DNA of 64,000 nucleotides from Halorutilales archaeon Cl-col2-1 (GCA_041891055.1 CP169074.1:1792001-1856000), one strand, 5' to 3'; shown: positions 9,966 to 20,993, counted from the stretch's first letter. The notes: a model not told the origin generated them from the letters alone. A program made the numbers and translations.

Positions 9966-11546
9966 TTAGAGATCAACGGAATATTTCTTATCCGTACTGG
10001 ACTTCGCAAAAGGTGTTCTCTCAACGTATAGACTGTGTCCTCTTTCGGCTTCTTCGTTCAGTAAGCTAAAGGCTTGATCTGCGGATCCAAAATAAAATGC
10101 TCCGAGGTCATCTCCAACTTTTTCTCTGTCTATGATGTTCATCACAGTATCATCATCCTCAAAGACACCTTCGTCGTTCTCATAACGTACTTTTCTAGCC
10201 TCTTCCTCTCCTAGAACATTTACTTCTCCCGCTATGTTTCCTATAATCAGAAGAGGGTTCTGACTACGTTGGTATGTGATCCGATTTACTTCTTCGAGAC
10301 TTCTTTTCTTGAGATCGAAGATATTCCTGTTGGAGTCCGAGTTCCAGCCACCAAACGCACTAAGGATAAAAAGACGGTCGTTATTCAGATACTTCTCAAG
10401 CGGCTTACTGAAAGAATTCAACAGAGAGTTTCGAGACAAGCTAGAGGGAGGTGTTAGAGAAATGTCATACCCGTTCTCAAATGCCTCCGAGCACGTCGAG
10501 GATATAAACTGTCCTATATCTGCGTCTTCTCGGTGGCGTACAGCTATTTGACCGCCCTTGACAAGTCCTCCAAGAGCCGAATCAATCTTCTCTATTCCCA
10601 CAGGTATTTGTTCGTTATCTGAGAGTTTGCTGCGGCGTCGGGAACGAGCAGAGGAAAGGGCAGTCTCTACCTCTTCAAGCATCTGTGTTTGTTCATCTCT
10701 CATTTCATTGACGTCTTTTATTGAGTCAGAGACCTGAGATGCTTTGTCTGCTGTCTTCTCACACATAGAGGTTACCTCCTCAACGCTAGAAGCTTGATCA
10801 TCGGTGGCATCAGCTATCTCACTTATTCCATCTGATGTCTCTGAGGCTGAATCAGATATCTTCTCAAGTCGTTTTGTTAGGTTCATTACCATATTAGAGT
10901 TCGATTCTATCCTTTGATTCATATTATCTAGGCTTTTGACAGCTCCATGGGTATTTTCTCTCACTTCTCGAACGATCTCCTCTATCTCAGAAGCTCGTTC
11001 TTGAGACTGCTCAGCGAGATCTTTGACTTCGTTGGCTACAACAGCGAATCCATCTCCCGCTTCACCTGCCCTAGCCGCTTCTATGCTAGCGTTAAGAGCG
11101 AGAAGATTAGTCTGATCAGCTATATCATTTATAACATCGACTATCTCGCCAATTTTGTCAACACTATCCTGCAGACTGTGGATATCCTCAGATACCTTTT
11201 CTGCGGCTTCGACAACCTGTGACATAGATTCAGCAGTTTCTTCGGCAGATTCCCTCCCTTTCTCAGCCATTTCCCTGGTTTTTTGACTTTTCTGACTTAT
11301 TTTATCAGTACTTGCAGCTATCTCTTCTATCGTCGCACTTAAATCCGACATCTCGGTGACCACTGACTCCAGTTCTTGAACCTGGGACTGAGATGATTTA
11401 TTTACTGATCTAAGCTCTGAATCAACTTTTGATGAAACAGCATGAACAACCTCCGCAGCTCCTTGTGCGTTTGCTATTGTTCTACCTGTGTCGTGTATAT
11501 TCTCTTGCCGTGTTTGAGTATCCTTGGACAGAGACGAGTCAGACAT
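9966..11546 (-). CDS. Soluble methyl-accepting transducer fused to a degenerate KaiC/RecA-like domain
   Basis: [30 protein letters not shown]; C-terminal [19 protein letters not shown]. Confidence 0.85.
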   Translation of the reverse strand: MSDSSLSKDTQTRQENIHDTGRTIANAQGAAEVVHAVSSKVDSELRSVNKSSQSQVQELESVVTEMSDLSATIEEIAASTDKISQKSQKTREMAEKGRESAEETAESMSQVVEAAEKVSEDIHSLQDSVDKIGEIVDVINDIADQTNLLALNASIEAARAGEAGDGFAVVANEVKDLAEQSQERASEIEEIVREVRENTHGAVKSLDNMNQRIESNSNMVMNLTKRLEKISDSASETSDGISEIADATDDQASSVEEVTSMCEKTADKASQVSDSIKDVNEMRDEQTQMLEEVETALSSARSRRRSKLSDNEQIPVGIEKIDSALGGLVKGGQIAVRHREDADIGQFISSTCSEAFENGYDISLTPPSSLSRNSLLNSFSKPLEKYLNNDRLFILSAFGGWNSDSNRNIFDLKKRSLEEVNRITYQRSQNPLLIIGNIAGEVNVLGEEEARKVRYENDEGVFEDDDTVMNIIDREKVGDDLGAFYFGSADQAFSLLNEEAERGHSLYVERTPFAKSSTDKKYSVDL

Positions 11547-12464
11547 ATCTAGTTATGCTAATGAATAACTTCGTATAAAAACCTCAGAGAATAAAATACA
11601 TTAAATATATTATATTTTCTTTATTTGGATATGGTGCTTGATGGATCTCACCCATCAAATCCTCAACTAAATGAAGGGAGGTGACCTCAGATTAATCCCT
11701 CTTAGCCATCTACAATCTTCTTCATAAGAGCGTACAGTATATCTGGTAAATGGCTGGGAAGTGTCAGTATTAGATGTGATCAGGTAGGAATTCCTGAGAT
11801 AAACCAATCCAAAACCAGCGTATCTTGGCTGATAACACTGCTTTTGGATAAATAGTTGTGACGACCTATAAAAAACAGAGTGGAAAGGTGGATAGGACGT
11901 TGGCTCGATTCCTTGGGCTTTCTCAACGTGCGGGTGGGATGGGATAGCAAGTAGTGATCCGGTGGGGGGATTATATGTATGACACAGATCCAGTCATGGA
12001 GTATTTACACTTACACATCACTCCTCATTAGTTGGATATTCTCCCATGTATTAAAACTTTATCAAAACGTTCGTGGTATAGATTGAAATAAATATTGAAA
12101 GATAAATAGAATACAACCCTTACATGGTCTAATTACTGTGAATCCCATATGTAAATGGAAGAGACTGTCCCGAGAAGAAGTCTTCAAGATGGTGCCTTGA
12201 GTCTATTGACCCAAACAGTCACAGCAAACTATCGATAAGCATCTCTTCTCTGTCTGCCAAATAGTTACATCCAATCCAGTTAGGCACAGATGCCCACGAA
12301 GCTGGTCTTTATATATCAAGTTACACAATACTTAGTCAGCAGGAGACCAACTCCAAGAATAGAGCTACAGTAATCCGACGCAGTCATGTGGATAGCTGTT
12401 TAGACTGTATTGGGCGAGAAAGAGGCTAGTCGTCCCGTTTCGATGGAGGATGTAAGATGAGTGA

Positions 12465-12508
12465 GCCTTTGGAGCCCATGACGGCGGTTCGAATCCGCCC
12501 GGGACTAT
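12465..12508 (+). repeat. att-like copy of the tRNA-Gln 3' half
   Basis: Identical to 7541-7584. Confidence 0.92.
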
Positions 12509-12766
12509 TTTGCGTCGAATGAACTGTGAGACGCAAATGCCCCCGGCGTTCGAACCAGGGAGTAGTAGCGACCGAGGTTAGGATTACTTGTGCCAATGAT
12601 ATTCCACGACAAGAGAAAGTGCAGTGAATCAGTCGAGAGAAGATACAAAAATGGAGCTATGAAACGGGAGGTTATGTGAAGTCGTCGCCTGTCGTAGTAG
12701 ATGGTATGGTCTATGGAACAGGTTAGCTCAGTAGCACGAAGTTTTCGAGAGCGCATTCTTCCCGCG

Positions 12767-12868
12767 TTCGTCGATCTAAGATTTACGAGTCTTCAGAAAT
12801 CGGAGATTTCTGTGATGCAGAAAACTCCCAGAGTTTTCCAGCACAAGCAAATCGAAGATTTGCCTACG
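12767..12868 (+). repeat. Four-hairpin micro-insertion, 102 bp
   Basis: Near-identical to the reverse complement of 34958-35059; ends TACG. Confidence 0.88.
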
Positions 12869-12878
12869 CCTAAAGGCG

Positions 12879-12935
12879 TCCCCAGAACGCGGAGCGTTCT
12901 GCTGTGCGAACGAATCGCTACGCGATTCGTCAACG
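12879..12935 (+). repeat. Double-hairpin micro-insertion, 57 bp
   Basis: TC...AACG; homolog of 35062-35118. Confidence 0.88.
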
Positions 12936-13043
12936 CGTGTATCCTGCTGTGGAACCTATGATTGAATAGACTGGAGTAATTATCCGAACCCGACTCTACG
13001 TCATCTCAGACTCCTTGCTCCTAAAAAAACTAACGAGGAAATA

Positions 13044-15602
13044 ATGGATAACTCACTGTACAGATCGATCGTTGAAGAGAGTAACGACGGTGTCTTAGTC
13101 GCACGGGACGGCGAGGTGGTCTACGCCAACCGACGTCTACGAGAGATGACCGGGTACTCCGAGGACGAGATAGTTGGATCGTCAAAGACTATGATAGTCG
13201 CCCCTGGGTATATCGACGAAGTCGAGGGATACCACCGAGCACGTATCGAAGGAAAGTCGGCTCCTAACCTGTATGAGGTAGAGATTCAAACACGCGACGG
13301 CGACCCAGTCCCCGTCGAACTTTCGGTCAGCCGAGTTAAACACGAGGGGGAACCGGTGTCAGTCTCTTTCTGGCGTGAAATCACCGAGAGGAAGGAGAAG
13401 AAACGCGAGCTACAAGATCTCAAGCACGAGTACGAGTCAGTATTCGAGAACGTTCAGGACGCCCTCTTCCTACTTGATGTTGACGAGGGCGGTACGGTTC
13501 GGTTCCAGCGGTTTAACGAGCAGGAGGAGGAGTACACGGGGAAGTCGACAGAGGAAGTCCGCGGAAAGACACCTGTCGAGGCTTTCGGAGAGGATATCGG
13601 ATCAGAGCTACGGTCGAACTACCGACAATGTATCGAACGCTGTGAGACGGTAGTCTACGAGGAGGAGCTGACTCTCGGCGGCAAAACCCGTGTCTGGCAG
13701 ACGAAGCTAACACCCGTCGTCGTCGACGGAGAGGTCGAGAAGATTGTCGGTGCGGGACGTGACATCACCGAACTCAAGGAGTACGAGGAAGAGCTCGAAA
13801 GTGCCCGGAAGAGGTTACGTGTACTATTCGATGAGGCACCCGACGCGATGGCTATCCACGACTCCGAGGGTGAGATTCTCGACGTCAACCAGGCAGCCGT
13901 CGAGTATCTCGGCTACTCTAGAGACGGTCTCCTTTCTATGAATATCTCCGATTTCGAGGTGGAAGAGACGAAGGAAGACCTGCGTGAGATGTGGTCGGAT
14001 ATGGAGACCGGAGAAACCGCAAAGCTCAAAACCAAACATGAGCGCAAAGACGGATCAACTTATCCCGTCGAGGTCTGGATATCGAGGATAGAAGTCCATG
14101 GCAAGCCACGGTATTTCGCACTCGCGCGTGACATCACTGAGCGCAGGGAGTACGAGAAGGAGATGGAGGAGAAGAATGCCTTACTCTCGACACTCTTCGA
14201 GGCGTTACCCATCGGGGTGCTGGCTGAGGACGAATCACGCAACGTCCTGGAGATCAACCAACAGCTGTTCAGTATCTTTGGTATTCAGGAGGACTCAGAC
14301 GAAGCCGTCGGAAGGGACTGTGAGAAAATGGCAGAGGAACTCAAAGACATCTTCGTCGACTCTGACGGCTTCGTCGAACGTATCAACAGTATAGTTGAGA
14401 ACCAGAAACCTGTTGACAACGACGAACTCGAACTCGAAGACGGACGTATCCTCGAACGTACCTACCGACCTATCGAGATGCTCGGTGACGACGGACATCT
14501 CTGGATCTACCGTGACATCACTGAGCGAAGGGAGTACGAGAGCGATCTTCGACACGCACGCGAGGAGCTTCGCCAGATCATAGACCTCGTCCCGGACATG
14601 ATATTCGCCAAGGACAGAGAAGGTAAGTATCTCCTCGCCAACAAGAAGACTGCCGAGGTCTACGGACTTACTCCTGAGGAGGTCGAGGGATCGTTCGAGA
14701 AGGATGTGATACCCGATCCCGAGGACTCCGAGGAGTACAGACAGGACGACATAGAAGTCATCGAGTCGGGTGAGCCGAAGGATATTCCCGAGGAGGAGAT
14801 AACCACCGCGGACGGCGAGACACGTCTACTCCAGACTACGAAGATACCCTACAAGGTGCCCGGCACCGGCGAGGACGCTGTTCTCGGATACGCGCGTGAC
14901 GTCACCGAACTCAAGGAGTACGAGACTGAACTCGAAGAGCAGCGTGACAACCTCGAACTCCTCAACCAGGTCGTCCGTCACGACATACGTAACGATCTTC
15001 AGCTCGTCTTAGCTTATGCCGACGCATTAGATATGTACGTCGAAGAAGGAGGACAGGGTTACATAGAGAAGGTTCTAGATGCGGCACGTGACGCCGTCGA
15101 CATCACCACGACTGCACGTGACGTCACCGAGGTGATGCTCAAGTCGGAGTCTGACAGACGTCCGGTGAGTCTGAGATCCACTCTTGAGGACAAGGTTGAC
15201 GACGCGAGGTCGAACCACGAGGACGCCCTTATAACCATAGACGGTTCTGTCCCCGATATCGATGTCCTCGCAGACGACATGCTGGAGTCGGTCTTCAGGA
15301 ACCTCCTAAATAATGCCATACAGCACAACGACAAGGAGGTCGCCGAGGTCAGCGTCTCAGTGGCTGTCGAGGACGGAGACGCCGTGGTAAGGATCGCCGA
15401 CAACGGACCCGGAGTTCCTGACAAACTCAAACAAGAGATATTCGAGGAGGGTGAGATGGGTATCGAAAGCAGAGGAACGGGTCTCGGACTCTATCTTGTC
15501 GACACTCTCGTAGACGGCTACGGTGGCGAGGTCTGGGTCGAGGACAATCCCGACGAGCCTGAGGGATCAGTATTTAAAGTCAGGTTTCAGAAAGCCGAGT
15601 GA
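13044..15602 (+). CDS. Multi-PAS sensor histidine kinase
   Basis: About five PAS/PAC repeats ending RDITE; VRHDIRND; DNGPG; GTGLGLYLV. Confidence 0.93.
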   Translation: MDNSLYRSIVEESNDGVLVARDGEVVYANRRLREMTGYSEDEIVGSSKTMIVAPGYIDEVEGYHRARIEGKSAPNLYEVEIQTRDGDPVPVELSVSRVKHEGEPVSVSFWREITERKEKKRELQDLKHEYESVFENVQDALFLLDVDEGGTVRFQRFNEQEEEYTGKSTEEVRGKTPVEAFGEDIGSELRSNYRQCIERCETVVYEEELTLGGKTRVWQTKLTPVVVDGEVEKIVGAGRDITELKEYEEELESARKRLRVLFDEAPDAMAIHDSEGEILDVNQAAVEYLGYSRDGLLSMNISDFEVEETKEDLREMWSDMETGETAKLKTKHERKDGSTYPVEVWISRIEVHGKPRYFALARDITERREYEKEMEEKNALLSTLFEALPIGVLAEDESRNVLEINQQLFSIFGIQEDSDEAVGRDCEKMAEELKDIFVDSDGFVERINSIVENQKPVDNDELELEDGRILERTYRPIEMLGDDGHLWIYRDITERREYESDLRHAREELRQIIDLVPDMIFAKDREGKYLLANKKTAEVYGLTPEEVEGSFEKDVIPDPEDSEEYRQDDIEVIESGEPKDIPEEEITTADGETRLLQTTKIPYKVPGTGEDAVLGYARDVTELKEYETELEEQRDNLELLNQVVRHDIRNDLQLVLAYADALDMYVEEGGQGYIEKVLDAARDAVDITTTARDVTEVMLKSESDRRPVSLRSTLEDKVDDARSNHEDALITIDGSVPDIDVLADDMLESVFRNLLNNAIQHNDKEVAEVSVSVAVEDGDAVVRIADNGPGVPDKLKQEIFEEGEMGIESRGTGLGLYLVDTLVDGYGGEVWVEDNPDEPEGSVFKVRFQKAE

Positions 15603-15690
15603 ACCCCCTTTGGAGATGACGGAGTTGGATCTCGGTTTACTACATATTTCCGGGACAAGAAATATACGTTAATACTCAGATATTCATCCA

Positions 15691-17175
15691 ATGACTCAGA
15701 GAATATCCACAGGAATTGAAGGTCTCGACGAAGTCATGGGATCGGGGCTTATATCCAACAGAAGCTACATGGTGCGAGGTGTACCTGGAACCGGAAAGAC
15801 CCTCCTCTGCATGGAGTTTCTGACAGCGAACCCCGACTCCTCCTCTCTCTTTGTCAACCTGAGCCAGTCCGAGGAGTCTCTGCGCGAGGACGCCGAGAGC
15901 TTCGGCTTCGATCTCTCTAATGTCGAAATACTTGATCTGAGTCCGTCACGCGACGAGTTCGGGGACGAACAGTACAGCATATTCAGTCCTGGGGAGGTCG
16001 AGACCGACGAGTACACACAGAAGATAATAGATGAGCTCGACGAGAGGTCTCCCGACAGGGTAGTGATAGACCCGCTGACACAGTTCCGTTACCTCTCACA
16101 GGACACCTACCAGTTCAACAAGCTCGTACTCTCGTTCTTCGGCTACCTCAAGGGAATAGACTCGACAGTTCTCTTTACGTCACAGAAGACGGAACAGAGA
16201 CCCGACGACGACCTCCAGTATCTCAGTGACGCCATAATAAGCCTCGACTACTCCGACGAGGGCAGAACAGTTGAGGTGACCAAGTACAGGGGCTCCGACT
16301 TCCGGAGTGGTCGACACTCGATGAAGATAGACGACGAAGGAATGACCGTCTTCCCGCGTCTCGACCTCGGCTTCGAGACACGTGACAGCCTCACAGGAGA
16401 GAAAGTATCGTCGGGAGTGCCCGAGGTCGACACACTTCTCGGCGGCGGAATCGAGAGAGGAACCGTCACGATAATATCGGGTCCTAGCGGCGTAGGTAAG
16501 ACGACTTCGGGTGCACAGTTCATGAAGGAGGCGGCTGGAAGAGGAGAGAAAGCCGTGATATACATGTTCGAGGAGAGGAAAGCATCGTTCCTACACAGGG
16601 CGGAGTCGATAAACATGCCCCTGCGTGAGATGGTCGAGAACGGTAGCCTCGAACTCAAGGAAGTCGAGGCTATGGAGACTACACCTGACGAGTTCGCTAA
16701 CCAGGTCAGAACCGATGTCGAGGAAGGTGCCGAGTTCGTGATGATCGACGGCGTAACGGGTTACAAGAGGATGATGACGAGAAGTAACAAATCGACAGAC
16801 TTGATCGACGAGATGCATAAACTCGGGAGGTTCCTCTCTAACAGGGACGTCACGACCTTCCTGATAAGTGAGATCAAGGATGTTACGGGCGATTTCAGTG
16901 CTACTGCCGAACACGTGAGTTACATAGCTGACAACATAATCTTCTTGAGATATCTGGAGATGAGTGGCGAGATGAGGAAGGCGATAGGAGTCCTCAAGAA
17001 ACGAGCCGGCAGCTTCGAGAGGATGCTCCGTGAGTTCATGATAACCGAGTACGGGGTAAAGGTCGGTGAGCCTCTCACGGGTCTCAGAGGAATCCTCACC
17101 GGCACGCCCGAGTTCGTGTCTCAGGAAGATCTAAACCTTCTTACCAACCCAGATGGAGGTGACGGCGGTAGATAG
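15691..17175 (+). CDS. KaiC-like double-domain ATPase
   Basis: Two Walker A motifs, GVPGTGKT and GPSGVGKT. Confidence 0.9.
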   Translation: MTQRISTGIEGLDEVMGSGLISNRSYMVRGVPGTGKTLLCMEFLTANPDSSSLFVNLSQSEESLREDAESFGFDLSNVEILDLSPSRDEFGDEQYSIFSPGEVETDEYTQKIIDELDERSPDRVVIDPLTQFRYLSQDTYQFNKLVLSFFGYLKGIDSTVLFTSQKTEQRPDDDLQYLSDAIISLDYSDEGRTVEVTKYRGSDFRSGRHSMKIDDEGMTVFPRLDLGFETRDSLTGEKVSSGVPEVDTLLGGGIERGTVTIISGPSGVGKTTSGAQFMKEAAGRGEKAVIYMFEERKASFLHRAESINMPLREMVENGSLELKEVEAMETTPDEFANQVRTDVEEGAEFVMIDGVTGYKRMMTRSNKSTDLIDEMHKLGRFLSNRDVTTFLISEIKDVTGDFSATAEHVSYIADNIIFLRYLEMSGEMRKAIGVLKKRAGSFERMLREFMITEYGVKVGEPLTGLRGILTGTPEFVSQEDLNLLTNPDGGDGGR

Positions 17176-17407
17176 TATGCTAAATGTTACTCGTGAATAC
17201 ATCGGTTATCAGGAAAAGATTCCCGACAACGCCATATACTAGGCATCTGGCGGATTCGAGTCAGAAGAGGCAGCCCAAACCGGATGGGAGAACCGCAAGG
17301 GCTATCGACATACACGGGAAAAACCTGACACTCCGTCGAGTAACACCTCCGGCAAGCCCCGGGATGTAGCCTCTCGCGGTGAATAGTAGTAGATAACCCG
17401 CTTAGTC

Positions 17408-17914
17408 TCAGGCGACGTCTCTCTCCTCTGTGAATACCACTGTTTTCTCGTCGGACTCTATCTTAGTCTCGATAGTTATCAGACCGTCGTTCGATCTTAT
17501 CTTCATTCCTCCTCCAAAACCTACGTCGACCTCCTGCGTCTGTGTATAGCTCTCTCCGGCTTCCAGGTCGCCTATTCTCTTGCTCCCCTCCCAGATAAGA
17601 TCACCGCCAGAGTAGATCTTCGTGCTGACCTCTACGTTGTGGGCGTCGGCGTCGCCCGTGTTATACAGTGTCGAGGTCACGTCTCTGCACGTAGTTCCAC
17701 AGCTCTCTATACTGACTGTCTCGATTCTGAAACCGACGCTCGACGACTCGGAGTCCGCTTCTACATCGCCGTTCCCTGTCTGAGTCTCCGTGGTTCCCTC
17801 GGGACTTAACTGCGTGTCTTCCCTAGGAGACTCGGACGGTATCATCAGAAGACCCCCCACGACTACTACGACTCCCACAACCGTTATCAGTGCTCGTTTT
17901 GTGTTTTGGTTCAT
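17408..17914 (-). CDS. Membrane-anchored exported hypothetical protein
   Basis: N-terminal hydrophobic helix; CGTTC motif; beta-rich domain. Confidence 0.7.
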   Translation of the reverse strand: MNQNTKRALITVVGVVVVVGGLLMIPSESPREDTQLSPEGTTETQTGNGDVEADSESSSVGFRIETVSIESCGTTCRDVTSTLYNTGDADAHNVEVSTKIYSGGDLIWEGSKRIGDLEAGESYTQTQEVDVGFGGGMKIRSNDGLITIETKIESDEKTVVFTEERDVA

Positions 17915-18131
17915 GTTTGATCTCCCGCGACGAATCCAACCATACCTGCTGTTAGAGTTCCCATATCTCTAATTAAGCTCGGGGCACTTCAACCCTCCAA
18001 GTAGTTGTACCCAGTTCGAGTCCTTTTCGGAGTTTTTCGGACGACTATGACTGGCAACAGAGTTTAGAGATGTCGATCCGTAGTCGAAGACTGATCCGTA
18101 CCATACCCAAACCAATACCCGAAACTGAGAC

Positions 18132-19076
18132 ATGTCACTTAGAAATATAGCCCTCCTCGGATCTCTATGTCTGATCGTGGTATCTGCAGCACTGCTTACC
18201 TTGTACGTTGACCCGAAAACCGGTTCGAAACCCGTGTCAGGCTCCTCTGTCGAGGACTCGGACGGGATCGATTACATAGTAGACCAGCCACGTGATCCAA
18301 CCCTCCGAGGTCTCGTCGTCCACCGCGAGGTCAAGAATGGAGAGCCACGTCTCTATGTCTATCTGAGGGGAAGAGGTGCTAAGGTTACGGGGAGCCTGAA
18401 TCTGAGAGACGCACGTATAACCAGACTGGAGAACGCCGACGGTAACATGGGACTCGAAAACCCACACAACTCGAAGCCGAACCTCGAAACATCGACACCA
18501 GCTGAGACTCAGTCCGTCTACGAAGATGAGATACATCTGTCACGTGACTCCGAGGGTCTGAGATACGTGATGAATACGGGAAGGTTAGTCGACGCTTTCT
18601 GGGTCTACTACGAGCCCACGGGATCCCATCCATCGTTCTCAGTCGATCTCCGATCCTCCGAAAATATATCCTCGTGGATCTACATAGGCGGATCTAACCC
18701 GGCGCGTGTTCCTCAGTCGACCCGCGTTCCTCTCGGATTCACTCACGAGGACGACACCGACGGCGATGGGATACCTGACTCCGACGAGGAAGACGGAATA
18801 ATAACTGCTGGTGGAGACGTGTACGTGACCAACCCCAGCCGACGTGACACCGATGGGGATGGACTCGGTGACGGGGATGAGATCGGAAAACGTGCGGGCG
18901 GTGTCTACTACGGAACTGTCTCCGACCCCACACGTAAAGACACCGACGGCGACGGTCTGATCGACCCCGAGGAGCTTAATACCGGGACTGACCCCTTCGA
19001 GATAGATACCGACGGTGACGGGGTTTCCGACAGCTTAGACGCGCGACCCACTGTCGAGAACCCTGACCCGGCTTAG
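18132..19076 (+). CDS. Exported protein with DTDGDG calcium-binding repeats
   Basis: N-terminal TM helix; four DTDGDG motifs. Confidence 0.7.
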   Translation: MSLRNIALLGSLCLIVVSAALLTLYVDPKTGSKPVSGSSVEDSDGIDYIVDQPRDPTLRGLVVHREVKNGEPRLYVYLRGRGAKVTGSLNLRDARITRLENADGNMGLENPHNSKPNLETSTPAETQSVYEDEIHLSRDSEGLRYVMNTGRLVDAFWVYYEPTGSHPSFSVDLRSSENISSWIYIGGSNPARVPQSTRVPLGFTHEDDTDGDGIPDSDEEDGIITAGGDVYVTNPSRRDTDGDGLGDGDEIGKRAGGVYYGTVSDPTRKDTDGDGLIDPEELNTGTDPFEIDTDGDGVSDSLDARPTVENPDPA

Positions 19077-19257
19077 CCTCACGTACGTAGATGTCGCCTC
19101 CATCCATTGGCTCGACTTTCGGGGCAAGAAATATATGTTGGTACTGTGATACGTTATCAAACTCCATCCCTCCCTCGACAGGGGGTCACGCTCCGAGCAC
19201 TCGAGTATTCAGGCACTATTCCATCACGATGTGGTGTAGAAAACTCAAAGGACGAAG

Positions 19258-19800
19258 ATGAACGAATCCTACTCGGTACTCACGTTACTCTCGAACGAGA
19301 GAGACAGACAGTTACTCGAAGACTGGATAGAGACAGAGACGACCCACGAGGTCTGTTCGGCTGAGGTAGATCAGGTCAGGAGCCGAGACGCCGAGTTCGA
19401 CCTGTGTGTACTCGACGTCGATTCGTTCGAGAGACACAGCGACTGGCTAATAGACCTAAAGGAGAAGACAGAGCCCGTAATACTCCCGTACCTTCTCCTA
19501 GTCGAGGAGGAAAACAGGGATGTTCTCGAAGGTGAACGGCTTGAGTACGCCGACGGATCTCTTTGGGGGAGCGTAGACGACATTATAAATGTCCCCCTGC
19601 GTAAACACGAGTTCCGAATCCGTCTCGACAGCCTACTCAGACTCAGGAGTCAGTCTCTCGAAATAAAGGAGGCTCGGGACGAGTACAGAAATCTGAGTCA
19701 GAGGCTTGAGAGGGAGAAGACGAAGCTTCAGAAGTACCTCGATGTCTCAGAGGCTATCGTGGTAGGACTCAACTCAGACCACACAGTAAGAGAGATAAGC
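19258..19800 (+). pseudogene. Truncated receiver-like/PAS signalling gene
   Basis: REC-like region and coiled coil, then a PAS start (YLDVSEAIVVGLN) that runs into non-acidic out-of-character sequence to 20007. Confidence 0.55.
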
Positions 19801-19834
19801 CTCTCGGTTCTGTTCTGGGGCTGTGAGACAGCTA

Positions 19835-20005
19835 CTCCTCACTGCCAGAGCCCGAAACCGCGTCCACAGACATCTCGACGTACATCGTGTGCCAGTTCCG
19901 TAGATGGTATCTCACGAGACCGACCGCACGTTTCAGCGCTCCAGACACCGAGCGCGAGCCTCTACGTCCGGACGAACCTTCTCTTCCCTTCTGTCCCAGA
20001 CTCAT
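19835..20005 (-). CDS. Possible small protein, 56 aa
   Basis: Hand-read ORF MSLGQKGRE...SGSEE divergent from the archaeosortase gene. Confidence 0.3.
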
Positions 20006-20105
20006 AACTGTCTACTTTGGCTCGACATCCTATAAGTCTTGGGAAGAGTTAACACGACACCTACCGCGCCAGTAAGCTTTTATCCGTACGTGTTAAGTCT
20101 TCTAT

Positions 20106-20939
20106 ATGGTCGGTCCTCTGATATGGATCTCGATAGGTCTCTTCCTAGCCGGCATGGTACTCGAAGACTGGTCCGACGAGCTAGCCGCCGGAGGATGGAT
20201 CGCCTTCGGAGCCTACTGGATGATGCGGTTTCCCGTCTACTACCAGGAGACACACAGCTTCATAAAGAGCATACTCGTCTTAGTCGCACTCCCAGTCTCG
20301 GTCTATGTCGCCTACGAGATATACACGAACCAACGTGACTCGCTCGTGAAGCTAAGCCACGCAGTCGCCGCTATGGGTCTCATATACCTGCCGTTCGCCT
20401 TCGTCGACCCTCTCAGGGCGGCACTCATAGAACACACTGCGCGACAGTCGTACCGTCTCCTCCAGATACTCGGAGTCGAGACGACACTCACTACACGTGA
20501 CGGAGTTCTCAACACATTCGTGACCACGAACCCCGCGACCGGAGAGACCTACGTCACCTACATAATACTCGCGTGTACCGGAATAGGAAGCATGTCGATC
20601 TTCGGAGGAGTCGTAGCCGCAGTCGACGCTCCGCTCGACAAGAAGATAAAGGCACTCGGTGTCTCGATACCCTCTATATACGTCCTCAACCTCATAAGGA
20701 ACGCCTTCATCACGACCTCGTACGGCTACCAGTGGTTCCCTCTCGCAGAGGAGACTATAAGCGGCATGATGGGCGAGCCCTACGGATACGCGAGCTTCTT
20801 CTGGGCTGACAAGGTCATCTCGCAGTCTCTGAGCGTCGTCGTCCTAGTCATCCTCACGATGGCGGTCGTCCGTCTGATGCCCGAGGTTCACGACCTCCTC
20901 ACTGACGTCTTAGACGTACTCGCGGGGAAGTCGGCGTAA
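20106..20939 (+). CDS. artA: Archaeosortase A
   Basis: IILACTGIGS, LNLIRN; multi-TM. Confidence 0.9.
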   Translation: MVGPLIWISIGLFLAGMVLEDWSDELAAGGWIAFGAYWMMRFPVYYQETHSFIKSILVLVALPVSVYVAYEIYTNQRDSLVKLSHAVAAMGLIYLPFAFVDPLRAALIEHTARQSYRLLQILGVETTLTTRDGVLNTFVTTNPATGETYVTYIILACTGIGSMSIFGGVVAAVDAPLDKKIKALGVSIPSIYVLNLIRNAFITTSYGYQWFPLAEETISGMMGEPYGYASFFWADKVISQSLSVVVLVILTMAVVRLMPEVHDLLTDVLDVLAGKSA

Positions 20940-20993
20940 CGTAACCCTAACGCGGAAGACGGATACGTACACAGATCTTAGAGACGTCCGAGA

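Larger units (their letters stand above)
7541..12508. mobile_element. tRNA-Gln-integrated genomic islet without a recognisable integrase
   Basis: 44-bp direct repeat at 7541-7584 and 12465-12508; visibly AT-richer interior. Confidence 0.85.
12755..12960. mobile_element. Orphan IS200/IS605 left-end-like hairpin interrupted by two micro-insertions
   Basis: Removing 12767-12868 and 12879-12935 restores cgcgcc-taaa-ggcgcg. Confidence 0.6.

Noticed and set aside
12465-12508. Second tRNA-Gln gene
   Set aside because: The 5' half (acceptor 5' strand and D arm) is missing; it is an att-like duplicate.
8803-12960. One IS605 element spanning the islet
   Set aside because: The two end-like remnants imply opposite orientations and do not enclose a single element.
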